DNA of 63,315 nt, filler included, from Choristocarpus tenellus KU-1152 (Eukaryota; Protista; Phaeophyceae), in the NCBI GenBank assembly GCA_964200185.2. It is 10 parts of 10 records of this genome, joined end to end, with 100 filler letters (N's around TTAATTAATTAA, not from the genome) between each part and the next. Parts side by side here need not be neighbours in the genome. Positions count along the whole stretch, not along the records: positions 60,732 to 63,315 come from CAXNAD020026545.1; 9 more parts are not named here. The stretch is one strand, 5' to 3'. This document shows, in pieces, positions 60,989-63,315 of this stretch. How positions within the stretch are numbered: position 1 is the first letter of the stretch; each line of letters begins with the position of its first letter. The notes beneath the pieces are model-generated. The model saw nothing but the letters and a program-made list of their open reading frames with translations, did no database searches and was not told the origin of the DNA. The translations under genes were made by a program, and so were the position numbers.

Positions 60989-63272
60989 CGTTTGACTTAT
61001 TCAATATAGAATGTAAAACGCAAAAGTTGGAAGAGAGGGACATAAAATGGATCAGTTTTAAGGTTCTCACATAAAAAGATATTCTTGTAGCTGACTTCTT
61101 CTTGCTGATGGTATTAGATGTGGGAATAGTAGGTGTGGGGGTGGTAATGTCAGACATAATGTGGCGTGAGTTAGCCCCTTCAACTCTCGGCGTGAATAAC
61201 ACTGTGGAAGTGTCAAGGCGCCAAAGCCCTCTGGACAAGGGGGCAATCACAATCATCAGACTGAACTCTTCTACCTCAGAGGGTAAGACCGAGTTTCAAA
61301 GGTCTTGGCCCAGCATCTCAGATCAGTTGAGAAATCCAGAACAGAACAAAAACTGAAAGCACAACAGATATCCCAGATGACTAAGCAACATCACAGCAGA
61401 GAAATGGATCGTTCAGAATCGGAATGGATCTTCGTTCTGATACTTTTGGGTGTTTGGTCAAATCCGGATCTCATGGATCTGGTTGATTTTTATGAACTGG
61501 TCGGTATGGGCTAGTTCCAATTACGTGGATAGCGCGCGCAAATATATATGACCGCGCGTCTTATCCACAAATGTGTGTTTCCCAGATCCAAAAAAAGGAA
61601 CCTGTCCCAGACACATTTATTTTTTTGGAACACGAAAATATGAAGAGGAGCTTACAGACGTTGTAGATATTGTAAGTAATATTCACAGAATGCTAAAGGT
61701 AGTGAGGTTCAACATAGGGCAAAAATCAAATTTTAGTACTGTATTAAATGAGAAGAAATAGTCGATTGTGAGCTCTTGATTGATCAAAGTGAAGTGTCTT
61801 GAATTGTGATGAAGGTATTGGTAGTGATTGGTAGATCTGACTACACTATTCCTACATAATGATAGGCAATGCCCCTTGTGATTACAAGGTAGTTTACTAT
61901 GGTTTGTTATTCTGGGAGGAATGTTTGTCGGAACTATATTAACAAATAAACAATACCAGTTCTTCATCAAACTTTAAACAAGAAGGAAAAACAGAGAGTA
62001 AGAAATGAGAATCTTAGGTTCTGGTCCGAACTTATCTTTATTGAGTAAAAGTATGCGAAAGGTATCCAGATTGCATTTTAAGGATGTCAGCAATATGTGT
62101 CAAATTCGTTTTTTTTCAAGTTTATATAGGATATTTTCCGAATTATGTCGAGATATTTCAAATAATAAAGAATTAACCCTCTGAACTTAAAGTTGCCACA
62201 TCCATAGAAATATGTGTGAGTTGCAGAAGATTGAAAAACTAATAAATAATACAAAACGTCCCAAAAACTGGGTACCTCTCATTTACTTTGTCTCACAGAC
62301 CCCCCCTCAGCCTCCCCTGACCCTTTCTCCTAGTGATCCTGGAGCACCGTGGCTGCTTGCGGATGGAGCTTCTCCTCCTACTTTTTCCTCTCTTCCTACT
62401 TTCCCCTCTCCTTCAATACTACTTTCCCCCACAGAGCACAGCCCACAAATTACCCCCATAAGACTTTTCTCTGGTGCTGCTGGAGCACAATGACTGCTAA
62501 CCGGTTAATCTCCTCTTGTCCCCCCAGCAACACACAAGCCCTCACTGTTCCTTCCCTCGATGAGGTGCTGGAGTGGGGTGGCTCTAACTGGCAGAGCTTC
62601 CCCCCTTGTTGCCCATACACGCTCTGTACGTCTGAGAGGCCTGCAATACCTCGTTCTGGTCATGGAAGGTCGATATTAGCCCATTATTGTTGTTACATGT
62701 GAGGTATAGAGTACTCACTCGACAGGATTATCGCTCAGCACCATTCTCGGGATATTTAATTTAATCTAAGCATGTTTAATAATACCTTTAGTAGGTGAGA
62801 TCTTGTAGACGAAACATAAAGAAATTTATTACCACGTGTGGTGCAGGTACCAAGCACAGAAGAGGATGCTGCAAGGGACACTCAGGAGAGAAAGGGAAAA
62901 GCGTTTTTGGCACATGTTAGTTGGAGGAACAGATACGAACGCAGCAACACAGATGGAGTGCAGGTCACACACTACCTACCACCTCAGTCGGTCCCTCTTG
63001 TTGCTTTTATTGGAGGGTGGATCCCGCAGCTCCCTCTACCAACGTTTTTCAAGTGTCAGAGATTCCAATGAATGGAATTCCTTATCTCCAAGGGTCCACA
63101 TAGGCCTTGAACGACACCCTCACATTGTCTAGTTTGGGTGGGAGGAAGAAAATTATAGTAGCAGTTTTCGTGTTGATGAGAGTTAACAAATCCCATTTTC
63201 TGCCGCCTAGAGAGGTACTGGAAACAGTGAATAAGAACTCACGGTCAAAGAGTGACAGACTGCTAACAAATG

Positions 63273-63315
63273 ACCCAAAGTATCTGGGGGGGGGGGGTGT
63301 CTACACCGAGGTGTC
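63273..63315. mobile_element. MITE family B-like left end at the window edge (a right end lies at ~13-38)
   Basis: CCAAAGTATCTGGGGGGGGGGGG. Confidence 0.5.

Overview
Eukaryotic, intron-rich, TE-littered DNA. It is most likely from a brown alga or related photosynthetic stramenopile, inferred from EsV-1-7 repeats and bipartite signal+'A-F' plastid presequences. The window is not one locus: ten contigs are joined by nine artificial 100-bp linkers (44 N + TTAATTAATTAA + 44 N), so no synteny can be read across them. Host genes: CCDC130/YJU2B (apparently complete), an AGBL4/CCP6-like carboxypeptidase, RNase H2A, ALG12 (exon 1), a divergent cyclophilin, a PZP/PHD chromatin reader, a plastid-type FAD monooxygenase (apparently complete) and Tab2. 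Most of the others are cut by contig ends. Decayed transposons: Ty3/gypsy, Ty1/copia, PIF/Harbinger, DD39D-type mariner, and probable MULE and piggyBac remnants, plus two related MITE families and an LTR-like repeat. The best novelty candidate is a long uninterrupted ORF fusing a LIS1-like LisH/coiled-coil dimerisation module to about 10 EsV-1-7 C3H repeats in place of the WD40 propeller. Other points of interest are three tight head-to-head gene pairs, three candidate GC-AG introns and a ~3-kb foldback element. All family calls come from motif recognition by eye; no database search was run.
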